DNA from: Geobacter sulfurreducens PCA
GTDB lineage: Bacteria; Desulfobacterota; Desulfuromonadia; Geobacterales; Geobacteraceae
Length of the DNA: 32,000 nucleotides
Direction of reading: 5' to 3'
Assembly (NCBI RefSeq): GCF_000007985.2
Contig: NC_002939.5
Coordinates: forward strand, 1,020,001 to 1,052,000
Below are positions 8,600 through 15,732 of the stretch, one piece after another. Numbering within the stretch: the stretch's first letter is position 1; every line of letters starts with the position of its first letter. Below the pieces are notes generated by a model that saw only the letters and a program-made list of their open reading frames with translations, made no database searches and was not told where the DNA came from. Made by a program: the position numbers and the translations under genes.

Positions 8600-8652
8600 G
8601 CTCAACGGGCGGGAGATCACCGGGCAGCTTTTAGGCCCGGTGCATCTTCCTG
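8600..8652. repeat. attC-like site C, left part, interrupted by the group II intron
   Basis: The layout is GCTCAAC, 11 nt, stem CACCGGGC, loop, stem GCCCGGTG, then CATCTTCCT-G. The remaining TTGGAC lies at 10562-10567, directly after the intron. The architecture is the same as sites A and B. Confidence 0.5.
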
Positions 8653-10561
8653 GTGTACGCCCGGCATGGGCGTGAACTAATGGGGTGCAAGTCCCCTGTA
8701 CGTAGAATCCAGCACTGTCGCGAGACAGGGTACCAAAGTACTAGCCGACGGCAAGGGCGCCTCCGCGAGGAGGGGTCTGAAGGAAGCCCGAGCGCAAAGC
8801 TATGAGCCGACGAACAGAAACAGCATACAAGGCCGGGGTGTCCGGGCAAGTCAGCACAACATGACGAAGTCCCACGGATTCAGGATGCCAAGGTAAATGC
8901 TGCGGTTGTGTAGCCACAGTTCACGTTCTTATCCGGGGAGACCTGCTCCACATGCTAGCGATGTTTGCTGGCGCGGCCTCTGGTAACAGCTGCCGTGATG
9001 GGGCAGGAGTCAGCAGAAGCCATAGTAGGCGCGGACGTTGCCGCCAGCGATCCGGCACCTGGAAACAAGCCCGGCGTCGTCACAGACAGCCGGGAAGCCT
9101 TACCCCGCCGAAGGGCCGAACGATGAAGAGGAGGTAAGCCCCAATGAGCTTTCACGACATACCGAACCCGACCGGGGGAATGCCCGTGGAGCGCGTCATT
9201 GACCGGCCAACTCCGGAAGAGCACCTACTGGAGCGGATACTTGCCACAGAGAACATGGACCTGGCGTGGAAACGGGTGCGGGCCAACAAGGGCGCACCTG
9301 GCGTCGATGGTGTTACCATCGACGCGTTCCCCGAACGGTTCCGGCCCCTCTGGGGCGATATCCGTGCATCGCTTGCAACAGGTACCTACCAACCACAGCC
9401 GGTCCTTCGAGTGGAAATACCCAAACCAACGGGCGGCACCCGCCCGCTGGGGATTCCCACCGTCCTTGACCGGCTGATCCAACAGGCAACAGCCCAGGTG
9501 CTCACGCCGATCTTCGATCCGGAATTCTCCGCATCGAGTTTCGGGTTCCGCCCCGGCCGCTCGGCACACAATGCCGTGCGGCAGCTGCGGGAGTATCTGC
9601 GGCAGGGCTACCGCATTGCCGTGGACATCGACCTTGCCAAGTTCTTCGACACGGTCAATCACGACCTCCTCATGACAATGGTGGGGAGGAGGGTCCGCGA
9701 CAAGCGGGTTCTCACCCTGATCGGCAGGTATCTCAGAGCCGGGGTGGAGGTTGACGGGCGGCTGGAAAAGACCCGCATGGGCGTACCCCAAGGGGGTCCG
9801 CTTTCCCCGCTTCTCGCCAACATCCTCCTCGACCACCTGGACAAGGAGCTTGAGAGCCGTGGCCACAAGTTCGTCCGTTACGCCGATGATTTCGTCATTC
9901 TGGTGAAGAGCGAGCGTGCCGGCGAGCGGGTCATGGGGAGCGTCAGGAAGTATCTGACGAACAAACTCAAGCTCACGGTCAACGAAGACAAGAGCAAAGT
10001 CGCCAGAAGCGGCGACTTGAGCTTTCTTGGCTTTGTCTTCAAGGGAACCAAAATCCTCTGGTCTGACCAGGCGTACAAGGAGTTCCGGCGCCGGGTCAGG
10101 AAGTACACCGGCAGGAGTTGGTTCGTCTCCATGGAGTACCGACTGAACAAGCTGTCGACCTACCTCCGCGGCTGGATGGGGTACTTCGGCATTGCCGAAG
10201 CCTACCGTGACATCCCGGAGATCGACGGCTGGATACGGCGGCGGGTGCGGCTGTGCTACTGGAAGCAGTGGCGGTGGTGCCGCACCAAGATTCGGAACCT
10301 GCTCAAACTGGGTGTACAGCTTGGCACATCCATCAGAGCAGGGCTGAACCGCAACGGTCCGTGGGCCATGTCCCGCAGGCTTGCCGCCCAGCACGGTATG
10401 ACCAACCAGTGGCTGAAGGATCAAGGACTTGTATCTGTCAAAGAACTGTGGGTGAAGATCCATTACCCGGCCACGGCCCGGTAACTTCGTCGAACCGCCC
10501 GGTGCGGACCCGCATGCCGGGTGGTGTGGGGGCTGGGGGGGTAAAACCCCCGGCTACCCGA
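8653..10561 (+). mobile_element. Group II intron (about 1.9 kb, ORF in domain IV, no endonuclease domain); ends are approximate to within a few nt
   Basis: - 5' end: GTGTACGCCCGGCATGGGCGTG resembles the GUGYG-plus-stem start of bacterial group II introns.
- Domain V: a 34-nt hairpin with a 2-nt bulge at about 10492-10525.
- Domain VI: a hairpin at about 10528-10559 with a bulged A at 10556.
- An RT/maturase ORF lies inside. Confidence 0.8.
9144..10484 (+). CDS. Group II intron reverse transcriptase/maturase (intron-encoded protein)
   Basis: 446-aa ORF with RT blocks including YADDFVILV. The X/maturase region is SWFVSMEYRLNKLSTYLRGWMGYFGIAEAY. There is no C-terminal HNH domain. Confidence 0.92.
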   Translation: MSFHDIPNPTGGMPVERVIDRPTPEEHLLERILATENMDLAWKRVRANKGAPGVDGVTIDAFPERFRPLWGDIRASLATGTYQPQPVLRVEIPKPTGGTRPLGIPTVLDRLIQQATAQVLTPIFDPEFSASSFGFRPGRSAHNAVRQLREYLRQGYRIAVDIDLAKFFDTVNHDLLMTMVGRRVRDKRVLTLIGRYLRAGVEVDGRLEKTRMGVPQGGPLSPLLANILLDHLDKELESRGHKFVRYADDFVILVKSERAGERVMGSVRKYLTNKLKLTVNEDKSKVARSGDLSFLGFVFKGTKILWSDQAYKEFRRRVRKYTGRSWFVSMEYRLNKLSTYLRGWMGYFGIAEAYRDIPEIDGWIRRRVRLCYWKQWRWCRTKIRNLLKLGVQLGTSIRAGLNRNGPWAMSRRLAAQHGMTNQWLKDQGLVSVKELWVKIHYPATAR

Positions 10562-10588
10562 TTGGACGTGTTCTTCTCTCTTCTTATG

Positions 10589-10939
10589 TTAGATTAAGAT
10601 CACAAGCCAGCCAAGGACCAGCACCAGTGGCGGCAATAGCACATCAGGAACCAATGATCTCCAATATGCCTTTTTAGAATCAAAGTCTTTACTTCTCCTG
10701 AATAGCAGCGAAAGCACAACGGCAACTGTCCAGAGAACTGCGAAGCATTTCACACTGAGACCGGCATATCCGTTCCAGTAAGTAAATTTCTCGGGGTCTC
10801 CAATTCCGGATTTATCAAGTGCCCTATCAGATTGCCAGCCGGAGACTAGGAATACAGCAACAAAGAAAAATTCTCCGGCTGAAAGAATGATTTGAATTAG
10901 GTTTGATTTTTTCATTCGTTTGTTGTCGTCCAACGTCAT
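10589..10939 (-). CDS. Hypothetical small integral membrane protein (116 aa, or about 108 aa from the second Met)
   Basis: The ORF has 3-4 hydrophobic segments and no recognisable SD. The annotated ATG lies 2 nt upstream of the terminal 7-mer of attC-like site A and codons 2-4 overlap that 7-mer, so the true start may be the downstream Met. Confidence 0.45.
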   Translation of the reverse strand: MTLDDNKRMKKSNLIQIILSAGEFFFVAVFLVSGWQSDRALDKSGIGDPEKFTYWNGYAGLSVKCFAVLWTVAVVLSLLFRRSKDFDSKKAYWRSLVPDVLLPPLVLVLGWLVILI

Positions 10940-10996
10940 AAGGCTGACCAGCCAGCCCAGTTTCTCCGGGCGAGCTGGTCGTGCTGCAAGTTGGAC
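10928..10996. repeat. attC-like site A
   Basis: The layout is GTCCAAC, 11 nt, stem GACCAGC, 21-nt loop, stem GCTGGTC, 9 nt, then GTTGGAC. The terminal 7-mers are perfectly complementary and fit RYYYAAC/GTTRRRY. The site begins 6 nt after the stop of the 221-aa ORF. Confidence 0.55.
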
Positions 10997-11002
10997 TCTC
11001 TC

Positions 11003-11668
11003 TTAATTCGACTCAGCTAACTCGCTTTTCTCCAGTTGATTTGCGGGCTGGCTTGACATCTCCTCCCAAAGCCCTTCTTGTTTTAATATTAATTTGAACT
11101 TTCGGTAAGTTATAGCCTTTCTTATGGGCTCACCAACTCCGTACATACACAATAAATATAATGACATTATTGCAATATATCCAAAAAACTGTTTTAAATT
11201 ATGTGGTGTTATCGCTATAAAAACCGCAATAAATACAATACTTATAAATAACGCCACTACACTTGACCATATTACTTCCAATTTGTTGAATATAGAAAAT
11301 TTGCACATAGCCTTTTCGTTATCACTTACTTCAAAAAATGTATAAACTTGTTTCAGATCTTTAATAGTAAACATGCCAATATCATAAAGCCTCATAATAA
11401 ATTTTGATTTAATTGGTGTGGTGTTGATATTTGTTGCAATCTTAAAAGCTTCCAGCAACTTCAGTTTAGTCATGAATTTATGTTCCTGAGTATTTTCGTC
11501 ACAACATTCAATGAGTGCTGAATATCTGGCAAGTTTTTTGGTTACATGGAATTTTTCGAAGTATTCGTTGGTTTTTTTGAGGAGTTGAAGTATTGCTGTG
11601 ATTGCGGCGACAACAACGGCAATATAGTAACCTACCGTATCATTTTTCAATAGCTCGATATATTCCAT
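11003..11668 (-). CDS. Hypothetical membrane protein (221 aa), strikingly AT-rich
   Basis: The ATG at 11668 gives MEYIELLKNDT.... The GTG start in the track lies inside the IS inverted repeat. The protein has three predicted TM helices, and I recognise no family. Confidence 0.6.
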   Translation of the reverse strand: MEYIELLKNDTVGYYIAVVVAAITAILQLLKKTNEYFEKFHVTKKLARYSALIECCDENTQEHKFMTKLKLLEAFKIATNINTTPIKSKFIMRLYDIGMFTIKDLKQVYTFFEVSDNEKAMCKFSIFNKLEVIWSSVVALFISIVFIAVFIAITPHNLKQFFGYIAIMSLYLLCMYGVGEPIRKAITYRKFKLILKQEGLWEEMSSQPANQLEKSELAESN

Positions 11669-12908
11669 CACTGCTGTCCCATAGTTTCTAAAGCAGCACC
11701 AGTTGTGGCGAAGCCTCTACTTTCGGTGGTTTGAATAGGCTTTCAAGGTCTCGCCGCTCGAACAAATTCAGCTGTAATAACCGTAATATCTGCTGCATCG
11801 ACGATCCGATCTTTGACAGAAACGTCAAGTATGCCAGTACCAGATACACGCACAGGGCAATCCAGATCTGTGTGAGTACGGCATTCTCCGAGGTGCCGAG
11901 GAAGGTCTTGATCTTCAGGTTCTGTTTGATCCACTTGAAGAACAGTTCGATCTTCCAGCGCTCTTTGTAGAGATCCGCCACGATTGCTGCTTTCAGGTGA
12001 TGCGCATTGGTCACGAAGCGGTAATCGTTGCCGTCATCGGCGATGAACTGGACAAGCCGCAGTTTGTCCTTCATCCCTTTGAGCCGAATCTCCTGGTCAA
12101 GAATGACGCCCGTTGCTTTCCTGCCGGGACGCTTCTTGAAGTATTCCACCAAGGCGTTCTCTTTCAGCCGGGTTACGAAGAAGATGCCGTTGGTCGTTAG
12201 TTGCTGCCACCAGTCGTAATCGGTGAAGCCCCGGTCAAAGACGGCCAGTGAACCGGCAGGCAGTTGTAGCATCCTGGCCCAGGACATCTCGTGCTTCTTG
12301 CCTTCGGTCACATCGATGAACTCAGGCAGATAGCCGTCAGCATCAAGACCGACATGCATCTTTATGGCACCCTTCTTCTGCCGGTAGGTGGCCCAAGGGA
12401 ACGCCTCCAGACAGAGATTGATGGTGGTGGCATCCAGCAGATAGACTTTTTCATCGATCTTGAAGCGATGACTGGGTGCAACTGCCTTGCATCGATGCAG
12501 CATTTTGTAAAAGAGCTCTTTGTACAACTCATGCGGCTGTTCATCGTTCACTCTGGCCAAGGTGGTACGGGAAACCGTCTTCATGCCCAGATGATAGAGC
12601 TTGTGGCCTTGGGCCTTGAGGTTTTCCACGATATCCCGCAGACTTTTTCTGCCGGAAAGTTGACAAACCATCATCGCCATGAACTGCGACCAACGGTTAA
12701 AAGAACGAAACTTCTGCCCGATGTGATGCTTGCGGGCAAGGGATTCAAATTCATGTCTCTTGAAAAAACCGACAACTTGGTTAAGGACTGTGTTACAATG
12801 TGCCACGGCTCTGATCTCCTTGTTAATATTGGTGTTTTGGCGAACTCAATATATCACAAGTAGCTCTCAGGGCCTCTCTTTATTCAGTTAAACTATGGGA
12901 CAGCAGTG
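11669..12908 (-). mobile_element. IS4-family insertion sequence (1240 bp)
   Basis: The terminal IRs are a perfect 19 bp (CACTGCTGTCCCATAGTTT at 11669-11687; its reverse complement at 12890-12908). A 9-bp direct target duplication ATATTCCAT lies at 11660-11668 and 12909-12917. Confidence 0.9.
11688..12806 (-). CDS. IS4-family DDE transposase
   Basis: The 372-aa ORF fills the IS. The N-terminal region (MAHCNTVLNQVVGFFKRHEFESLARKHHIGQKFRSFNRWSQF) is typical of DUF4372-type IS4 transposases. A DDE_Tnp_1-like C-terminal part follows. Confidence 0.9.
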   Translation of the reverse strand: MAHCNTVLNQVVGFFKRHEFESLARKHHIGQKFRSFNRWSQFMAMMVCQLSGRKSLRDIVENLKAQGHKLYHLGMKTVSRTTLARVNDEQPHELYKELFYKMLHRCKAVAPSHRFKIDEKVYLLDATTINLCLEAFPWATYRQKKGAIKMHVGLDADGYLPEFIDVTEGKKHEMSWARMLQLPAGSLAVFDRGFTDYDWWQQLTTNGIFFVTRLKENALVEYFKKRPGRKATGVILDQEIRLKGMKDKLRLVQFIADDGNDYRFVTNAHHLKAAIVADLYKERWKIELFFKWIKQNLKIKTFLGTSENAVLTQIWIALCVYLVLAYLTFLSKIGSSMQQILRLLQLNLFERRDLESLFKPPKVEASPQLVLL

Positions 12909-13156
12909 ATATTCCATGAATAATCTCCCCTCTTGTTGGTCCAATACTGGATGGTTACAGGCTTCGCGGAGTTTATGTCTTAAATTCGCCTTTTTCCAGT
13001 CTTCCTTTTTACTCCACCCGCCAACTTCTCAGATACCGAACATGAAACCAGCAAACTCCTCTTCGTTTTCGCCGCCCGCGCCGCCACACTCCTGCAACTC
13101 AGGGTGACTCCGCCAGCAAGACCGACATACTCCTCGGTTTGCTTTGCCTTTTCGTC

Positions 13157-13214
13157 GTACAACGCCACAAGCCTGACCGGCGGGTTTCTAGGCCGGTCGT
13201 GGCGCTAGTTGGGC
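13157..13214. repeat. attC-like site B
   Basis: The layout is GTACAAC, GCCAC-AAGCCT, stem GACCGGC, 10-nt loop, stem GCCGGTC, GTGGC-GCTA, then GTTGGGC. It has inner and outer pairings with asymmetric bulges. It lies 3' of the 262-aa ORF, 70 nt after its stop. Confidence 0.5.
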
Positions 13215-13284
13215 ATCGCTTTTGTTAATAAGTTAAATAAGTTACCAGCGTCTCGCAGTCTCCGTCATTATTCTTTCAACTTAT

Positions 13285-14073
13285 TCATGATAGCTGCATC
13301 GCAGAATTTGCTTTGATAGTGGCTGTGATGTCTGGGCGTCCCGGAGTGACGACCTCGTTGAAGATTTCTTGGATGAAAGAAGCGACCCAGTATTGGGAAT
13401 CCTCTTCAGGTTGCATGCTGCAATCAAGCGCATCTATATAATCGCTGGACATCATGTAGTGGTCATTCAAGAAAAAGATGTAGCCCAGATGAAGAACGAA
13501 GATATCTCGCACATCTTCAGCAAATCTATCAAGCCACCAGCCACGATTCTCGATGTAAATCTCGTTGTCGTTGAGCATTACGTTTCGGTAGAAGTTGTAA
13601 TGTGTATGGTCATTGCATCTGGCGCGCAAGCGCTTGTATCTGTCATCGACGTAAAGCAGGTCGTTGATCGGCTTAAGCGCTTCTGAGGTTCTAACATATT
13701 GGGACATCACCCGGAACTCTGGGAGGCTCTCCTTTCCCTGGAGCCAGTTGTGTATTTTCTCGACGACAAAGTTCTCGATGCTGAAGTTGTTCCGCAGGTA
13801 CAGGTTGGAATAGACGTTGATTACCGCAGAATCGTAATACTTCCGAAGCAGCGCGTATGCGTCATTGATGCGCCCCGCGAGAAGAATAGTCTTGATCGAT
13901 TCAACGGTACCCTGCATTGAGGAGTAGACGTAGGTGTCAATGTTGCAGATGGACTTTGTACCCATCGTTGTGAACAAAAACACAGACATGGCCAATTGCT
14001 CATAGAACTCCGCGTATCGCTCAAGTTCGATAAATACTCGATGCTCCGTATATGCCTTGTCTGTTACCTGCAC
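13285..14073 (-). CDS. Hypothetical 262-aa soluble, mostly helical protein
   Basis: GTG start with a GAGGAG SD 7 nt upstream, and no TM segments. It contains RLRARCNDHTH, which fits the loose HEPN Rx4-6H pattern. The family assignment is unverified. Confidence 0.65.
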   Translation of the reverse strand: MQVTDKAYTEHRVFIELERYAEFYEQLAMSVFLFTTMGTKSICNIDTYVYSSMQGTVESIKTILLAGRINDAYALLRKYYDSAVINVYSNLYLRNNFSIENFVVEKIHNWLQGKESLPEFRVMSQYVRTSEALKPINDLLYVDDRYKRLRARCNDHTHYNFYRNVMLNDNEIYIENRGWWLDRFAEDVRDIFVLHLGYIFFLNDHYMMSSDYIDALDCSMQPEEDSQYWVASFIQEIFNEVVTPGRPDITATIKANSAMQLS

Positions 14074-14606
14074 GGCTATGCTCCTCTATGTATCAAGGCC
14101 CAACTCTTATAAGGCCCCAGTCAGTCAATAGGCAAAATGGTGCCCAACCGATTTTGAGTCGTTTTCTTTGACGAATCTATCTCGACATCTTATCCGTTCT
14201 GACTTGATTTCCAATACTGGGTCAGGAAAGAATCCTGCACCAAACTCTTATCAAAGCTCAATTCGCTGCGGTTGTTGCTGCTACAGCGATTGCGAAGGCA
14301 TTCCTTGCGCGGCTTAGAAACTATCCCGTTCCCTCGGCCGTCCCATTCATGAAGCGTGCTCATCGCTGGTGCGAGGCACAGTTGATCCCGGTTTCCGGCG
14401 AGGGGCAGAACATTCAAAAGCTGAAAAGAATAGATTCAGTTATGTAAGGAGCGGGACAGGGCTCCAATCTCGTTAACTTGCTCCCTGAGCATCATCAAAT
14501 CGACCGGTACGTGTTCTCAGCCGCACCTCGTTGTCTTTCACGGTCGTGGTCATGCTTGCTCGTGTGGCTCCAGTTGTGCACTAAGCTGCCTCTGTCCCCT
14601 CCAGCT

Positions 14607-15653
14607 TTACGCCGTTGCCAAAAACTTTTCCCGGTCGAACGGCACATTGTTTTTCAGCATGTAGAAAATCGCTCGTGCCAGTTTGTGGGCAAGGATCGAA
14701 ATCGCTTTCCCTTTGCCATGAATCTTGACCAGTTTCTCCATCAGGATTTTTGCCTGGGGATTGTGGCGCACGAAGAACACAGCGGCCTCAGAGAAGGCCC
14801 ATTTCAAATGGACGTTGCCTATCTTGGAACCGCCGACCCCCTTTTTCTTTCCCGCTGATTCGTGGGCACATTTCACCAGCCTGCAGTAGGAAGAGAAGTC
14901 TTGCACGGTCGGGAAACGATTTATGTCATGGATCTCGTAGAGCATTACCAGGCCCAGCACCTTTCCCACGCCGTTGATTGAGCGCAGAAGTTTGAGGGCA
15001 TGCAGGTTGTGTTGCCGGGCCGTTTTTTCTATGTCCGGTTCGAGGACATTGATGACATCGTCAAAGGCGTCGATCATGGCAACGTCAATTTCGATAATTT
15101 TCCTCACTTCCGGATCGTGGAAGAGCTGAGCTACTTCATGGCGGTTCTCTTCGACTCCGAGATCAATGCCAAGAGGAGCCAGATTATATTGGGTTACCGT
15201 GTTCTGGATGTGTGCCATAAGCTCAGCACGTTTTCTGACGAAAAAGTTCCGGCGGCGCAGGAGGTCCCGTGTTGCCCGCATTTCCGGCGGGTAGACGTAG
15301 GCTAAGGGAAACATGCCGCCGCGGAGCAGCACAGCAATCTTGTGGGCGTCAATCTTGTCGCTCTTTGCTTTGCCACCGTGGACTGCCTTCATGTAAAGGG
15401 CGTGACCGAGCACAAACTCGATCTTTTCATTACGGCAAAGGTCTGCCAGCCAATACCATGCGAACATGCATTCCACGCCGACAACCAAGTCCTCCCGGTA
15501 GGGTGCCACGAGGCGAAGGAAGCTCTCAGGATTGCAGTTGATTTCGCGATGAACCAGCACGGTCCCTTCCGAGTCGAGAATGCAGACGTACTTTTTTCGG
15601 GCATGAAGATCAATTCCGCAGTAGTACTTGTGAGTCTTAGTGTAAAATCTCAT
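14607..15653 (-). CDS. IS110-family (DEDD) transposase
   Basis: 348 aa from the ATG at 15653 (MRFYTKTHKYYCGIDLHARKKYVCILD...) with an AAGGAGG SD. It has an N-terminal RuvC-like DEDD region and a C-terminal Transposase_20-like region (GVGKVLGLVMLYEIHDINRF). Confidence 0.9.
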   Translation of the reverse strand: MRFYTKTHKYYCGIDLHARKKYVCILDSEGTVLVHREINCNPESFLRLVAPYREDLVVGVECMFAWYWLADLCRNEKIEFVLGHALYMKAVHGGKAKSDKIDAHKIAVLLRGGMFPLAYVYPPEMRATRDLLRRRNFFVRKRAELMAHIQNTVTQYNLAPLGIDLGVEENRHEVAQLFHDPEVRKIIEIDVAMIDAFDDVINVLEPDIEKTARQHNLHALKLLRSINGVGKVLGLVMLYEIHDINRFPTVQDFSSYCRLVKCAHESAGKKKGVGGSKIGNVHLKWAFSEAAVFFVRHNPQAKILMEKLVKIHGKGKAISILAHKLARAIFYMLKNNVPFDREKFLATA

Positions 15654-15732
15654 GTGTAAGGCCTCCTTTGGAGAATGGGTTTCGCCAAAGTCCAGCATAC
15701 GCTAATCCGTATGCCCAGAGGGGGCCTTACAC
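15654..15732 (-). promoter_or_regulatory. Structured leader of the IS110 transposase
   Basis: On the minus-strand RNA, GTGTAAGGCCCCCT (about 15731-15718) pairs 13 of 14 with AGGAGGCCTTACAC (15667-15654), which contains the SD. This long-range stem sequesters the SD. It encloses two inner hairpins: GCATACG-N6-CGTATGC and CTTTGG-N13-CCAAAG. Confidence 0.5.

Noticed and set aside
9144-10484. The reverse transcriptase as part of a retron, DGR or Abi-type defence RT.
   Set aside because: It carries a group-II-type maturase (X) region. Canonical domain V and VI hairpins with a bulged A follow it, and about 490 nt of structured RNA starting GTGTACG precede it. I saw no TR/VR pair or msr/msd-like inverted repeats.
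12980-13168. 62-aa minus-strand ORF in the spacer between attC-like site B and the displaced start region of the 221-aa gene.
   Set aside because: It starts at a GTG inside the palindrome and has no SD. Its Lys/Arg/Ala/Ser-rich composition is uninformative. It is probably the 5' untranslated part of the cassette.
14190-14417. 75-aa minus-strand ORF between the 262-aa gene and the IS110 element.
   Set aside because: The track start is a TTG. The first internal ATG has no SD. The sequence is low-complexity (Ser/Asn/Arg-rich) and I recognise no motif. It is more likely non-coding spacer or a decayed cassette remnant.
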